Origin: the human T2T-CHM13v2.0 reference genome, Homo sapiens
Length of the DNA stretch: 64,000 nt
Strand: one strand, 5' to 3'
Assembly (NCBI RefSeq): GCF_009914755.1
Contig: NC_060928.1
The translations under genes and the position numbers were made by a program. Shown in pieces: positions 59,780 through 64,000 of the stretch (positions are counted from its first letter, which is position 1; every line of letters starts with the position of its first letter). Under the pieces are notes generated by a model. It ran no database searches. It saw only the letters and a list, made by a program, of their open reading frames with translations, and was not told the origin of the DNA.

Positions 59780-59949
59780 ACAGGCCCCACAAGTTGAAAG
59801 AGATGTGCAGAGCTGAGCCTCACTAGCTGACTTTACTTAGCATAAAGTACAGCTGCCCCAGCCAACCTGCAAACACATGAGAGCAATACATTCGTATTGT
59901 CTTCTACTATTAATTGCTGTAAGTCACACAGCAATAGTTGACCAAAACA
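59780..59949 (+). mobile_element. MLT1 (MaLR) LTR 3' fragment
   Basis: 'ccccagccaacctgca.acacatgag...acacagcaatagttgaccaaaaca'. Confidence 0.6.
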
Positions 59950-60110
59950 CCTCCGTATAAGTATATGTGGAAGCTCTTTTTATGTTTACAAAAAAAATTT
60001 GTTAATTTGAGATAGAAATTATAGAAAATAAGGGTTCCCCAATTTGTCAAGAGCCTGCTGAAGGCCTGTACAATAATACTCATGGAAAAAATATTACGAG
60101 TTTCCAAACC

Positions 60111-60141
60111 AGAGAGAAAGAGAGAGAGAGAGGAAGAGTGA

Positions 60142-60192
<51 letters not shown>

Positions 60193-60202
60193 TGTGTGTG
60201 TG
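60111..60202. repeat. (GA)n followed by (TG)n microsatellite
   Basis: Directly visible; about 60 bp of nearly pure TG. Confidence 0.95.
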
Positions 60203-61119
60203 AAAGACAGAAAGGTGCTACTGAACAGAATCACATAATCAATATACAGCCTTCCTCTCTAGCACTTTACAAAGGAGAGAAGGCCAGTGCTGACCGATTG
60301 ATGTATTCTATTTTAACATATTGCTTCTTTGCAAGTTGGTTTTTTAAAGTAAGCTACAGGCTTTGATTTTTTAGAATAACCCTTGCACTATTATCAATTT
60401 ATCTTGCCAGAATTTTGACTTCCTCACGAAAGCCCAGAAGTCCTTTTTGTAGAGTGCATTGGAACATAGTCTTAGGTCTCTCTATGAAAACCTCCAAAAT
60501 AACCTTAAAAAGGTTTTAATATTAAAATCACTAAAATAGTTAAACTATTTTTTAAATGTCTCCTAAATTTTGAAGTTATATATTCCTAAATACTCATATT
60601 CAAGACAAAATTATACTTCTATAGATTTTAGATTCAGCTGGGGTAGGATAATGATGTAATATTCCAGGATATCCATAGCAGAGGGGAAGGATTAACCAAA
60701 ACAGCCATTTCTTCTGTTATCAATGAACCTCTGTCCAGAAGCCTCATCTTTACTTCTAGTCATGGTCTCTTTTTAGGTTGAGCAATGCCAAGTGCAGCCA
60801 TGTTCACATTACTAATTATTCAATCTATTGGTCATTAGATTAGTCATTAAAACCCTATGTTTTAAGGACTCACAGGGGCCTTTGGACTTCATTCAATGAG
60901 TTTTCTAAATCAATATCATAGGTACTCATTAGAAGAATAATAAAGACTAGACTTAATCAAAATTTTATTTTTGCTCTGCCTGAGCAAAATTCGATAAAGA
61001 AAGAAAAAAGAGATATATTATTCTTTTAATTCTAGTTTCTGGCACTGGCCTCAGGTAAAATATTAAAATTGGCAAAGTCCCCTTTTCTTCAAAAAAACAA
61101 TGCATAATGTTGGAGATGC

Positions 61120-61680
61120 CAGGTGATGATTATTTGTCAAGAATGGTCCTAGGGTTTATAAGCCCATCAGAGATAAAAATTGACAATAAATAATCTTTGT
61201 CCCTGGGAAGACAGATAGTAATCAATAAATGATAGATAATAAAATACTATGTTGAAAGGTTAAAATTATACGGTAAAATAGATCTGGGAAGAGAGTTAAG
61301 GTAGAGTCTATGGTAGAGATTAGAAGTAGTGGACAGTGTTAGTCTCATGGAGAAAATGACAGAAACATGGTATGGATTAAAGGAGAGAAAGGACCAACCA
61401 AAAAGTCAATATGAGAGAATATCAGTGCAGAGTTCCTGAGGCAGTAAGTGCTCAGTAGATTCCAGGAGCTTTATTGGTCTACCATGTGGTCATTATGGAG
61501 GAGAGAAATAGAAGATGACATAAGGAGGGAATGAGGAGCCAGATTGTGTAGAGCTGCATAAATCACAGTAAAGACTCTGGCTTTTACTCTGTGAGAAAAG
61601 AGGTGAGCAGCAAAGGGTATGAAGCAGGTGGATGACATCTAATAATATGTTTAACAGCATCTTTTTGGCCCCTGTGTTTG
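61120..61680 (-). mobile_element. L2 fragments
   Basis: 'tcagtgcagagttcctgaggcag', 'gtaaagactctggcttttactctg'. Confidence 0.65.
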
Positions 61681-61685
61681 GAAGG

Positions 61686-62060
61686 TGATTGGTTAGGCTT
61701 TGTGTCCCCACCCCAAATCTCATTTTGAATTATAATCCCCATAATGCCCACATGTCAAGGGAGAGACCAGGTGGAAGTAATTGGATCATGGAGGTGGTTT
61801 TCCCCATGCTGTTCTTGTGATAGTGAGTGAGCTCTCACAAGATCTGATGGTTTTGTAAGGGGCTCTTCCCCCTTCACTCAGCACTTCTCCCTCCTTCCAC
61901 CTTGTGAAGGTGTCTTGTTTTCCCTTCACCTTCCACCACAATTGTAAGTTTCCTGAGGCCTCCCTAGCCATTCCGAACTGTGAGTCAATTAAACCTCTTT
62001 CCTTTATAAATTACCAGACTCAGGCAGTTTCTTATAGTGATATGAAAACAGACCAATACA
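61686..62060 (+). mobile_element. THE1D 5' LTR
   Basis: 'tgattggttaggctttgtgtccccac...tgagtcaattaaacctctttcctttataaattacc...ccaataca'. Confidence 0.93.
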
Positions 62061-63670
62061 GTAAATTAATACTGCAGAGAGTGGGGTGCTGCCATAAAGA
62101 CACTTGAAAATGAGGAAGCAAATTTCGAACTGGGTAACAGGCAGAGATTGAAACAGTTTGGAGAGCTCAGAATAACACAGGAACATGTGATAAAGTTTGG
62201 AACTTCCTGGAGACTTGTTGAATGGCTTTGACAAAAATGCTGATAGTGATAAGGACAATGAAGTCCAAGCTGAGCTGGTCTCTGATGGAAGTGAGAAACT
62301 TGTTGGGAACTGGAATAAAGGTGACTCTTGCTATGCTTTCACAAAGAGACTGGTGGCACTTTGCTGCTGCTCTAGACATCTGTGGGACATTAAACTTGAG
62401 AGAGATGATTTAGGGTATCTGGAGAAAGAAATTTCTAAGCAGCAAACCTTTCAAGATATGACTTGGGTGCTCTTAAAAGCATTCAGTTTTCTGCATTCAC
62501 AAAGAAAGGATTTGGACTTGGAACTTACGATTTAAAGGAAAGCAGAGCATAACAGTTTGAAAAATATGCAGCCTGACAATGTAATAGAAAAGCAAAACCC
62601 ATTTTCTGAAGAAAAATTCAAGCCATAATTTTGCATAAGTATTCAGGAGCCAAATGTTAATTGCCAAGACAATGGAGAAAATGTCTCCAGGGCATGTCAG
62701 AGGTCTTCACAGCAGCTCTTCCCATCACAGGTCCTGAGGTGTAGGAGAGAAAAATGGTTTCCTTGGCTGGGCCCAGGATCTTGCTGCTTTGTGCAGACTC
62801 AGGACTTGCTGACCTGCATCCCTGCCTTGGCTAAAAGGGGCCAATGTACAGCTCAGGCAATTGCTTCAGAGAATGCAAGCCCCAAGCCTTGGCAGCTTAC
62901 ATGTGATGTTGGGTCTGACGGTGCACAGAAGTCAAGAATTGAGATTTGGGAACCTCCACTAAGATTTCGGAGGATGTATGGAAATGCCTGGATTTTCAGA
63001 CAGAAGTTTGCTGCAGGAGTGGAGCCCTCATGGATAACCTCTACAAGGGTTCTGCCAGTGTGAAAGGGAACTGTGGGGTCAGAGCTGCCACACAGAGTCC
63101 CCACTGGGTCACTACCTAGTGAAGCTGTGAGAAGATGGCCACTCCTCCAGACCCCAGAATGGTAGATCCTTTGACAGTTTGCACTGGCCCCCTGGAAAAG
63201 CCACAGACACTCAATAGCAGCCCATGTAAGCAGCTGAGAATAGGGCTGTACCCTGCAAAGCCACAGGGCAGTGCTGCCTGAAACCACAGGAACCCACTTC
63301 TTACATCAGTATGACCTGGATGTGAGACATGGAGTCAAAGGAGATCATTTTGGAGCTTTAAGATTTGATTGCCCCACTGGATTTTGGACAAAAATGGAGC
63401 CTGCAGCCTTTGTTCTGGCCAATTTCTCCCATTTGGAATGGTAACATTTATTTGATTCCTGTACTATCATTGTATCTAGGAAGTATCTAATTTGTTTTTG
63501 ATTTTACAGGCTCACAGGTAGAAGGGACTTGCCTTGTCTAAGATAAGACTTTAAACTTGGACTTTTGGGTTAATGCTGGAATGAGTTAAGACTTTGGGGA
63601 CTGTTCAGAAGGTATGCTTGGTTTTGAAATGTGAAAGGGACATGAGATTTTGGAAGGGCCAGGGGTGGAA
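62061..63670 (+). mobile_element. THE1-int (MaLR internal region) with decayed ORF and polypurine tract
   Basis: Peptide LELPGDLLNGFDKNADSD..NEVQAELVSDG..LVGNW.KGDSCY matches the MaLR ORF; PPT 'ggaagggccaggggtggaa' directly before the 3' LTR. Confidence 0.93.
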
Positions 63671-64000
63671 TGATATGGTTAGGCTTTGTGGCTCCACCAA
63701 AATCTCATTTTGAATTATAATCCCATAATCCCCATGTGTCAAGGGAAAGACCAGGTGAAGGTAATTGGATCATGGAGGCAATTTCTCTCCTCTCATGATA
63801 ATAAGTGAGTTCTCATGAGATCTGATGGTTTTATAAGGGACTCTTTTCACTTTGCTCAGCACTTCTCCTTCCTGCCACCTTGTGAAGAAGGTGCCTTGCG
63901 TCCCCTTTGCCTTCTGCCATGATTGTAAGTTTCCTGAATCCTCCCCGGCCATGCTGGACTGTGAGTCAATTAAACCACTTTCCTTTTTAAATTACCCAGT
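63671..64000 (+). mobile_element. THE1D 3' LTR, cut by window end
   Basis: Direct repeat of 61686-62060 starting 'tgatatggttaggctttgtg'. Confidence 0.93.

Noticed and set aside
60143-60202. (TG)n tract as a functional Z-DNA element
   Set aside because: Common microsatellite with no supporting promoter context.

Overview
AT-rich primate (human-like) genomic DNA, roughly two-thirds recognisable interspersed repeats, with no protein-coding exon, RNA gene or CpG island that I can support. Nearly all longer ORFs in the track are decayed LINE-1 ORF1/ORF2, Tigger1 transposase, MaLR-internal or Alu-derived frames. Main landmarks are a young L1PA 3' half (1-3090), a ~17 kb nest of insertions inside one MER4-group ERV1 provirus (10.0-26.9 kb), several ERVL/MaLR LTRs, about 11 Alus, and a THE1D provirus at the right end. 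I found no new biological system. The most unusual signals are (i) an AluY whose 3' end is rebuilt as a perfect (GCGAGACT)x9 array and that appears to have deleted target DNA, and (ii) several short locally templated insertions at deletion junctions, consistent with polymerase-theta/MMBIR-type repair scars. Repeat subfamily names come from my recall of consensus sequences, not from a database search, and boundaries are approximate unless a TSD is quoted.
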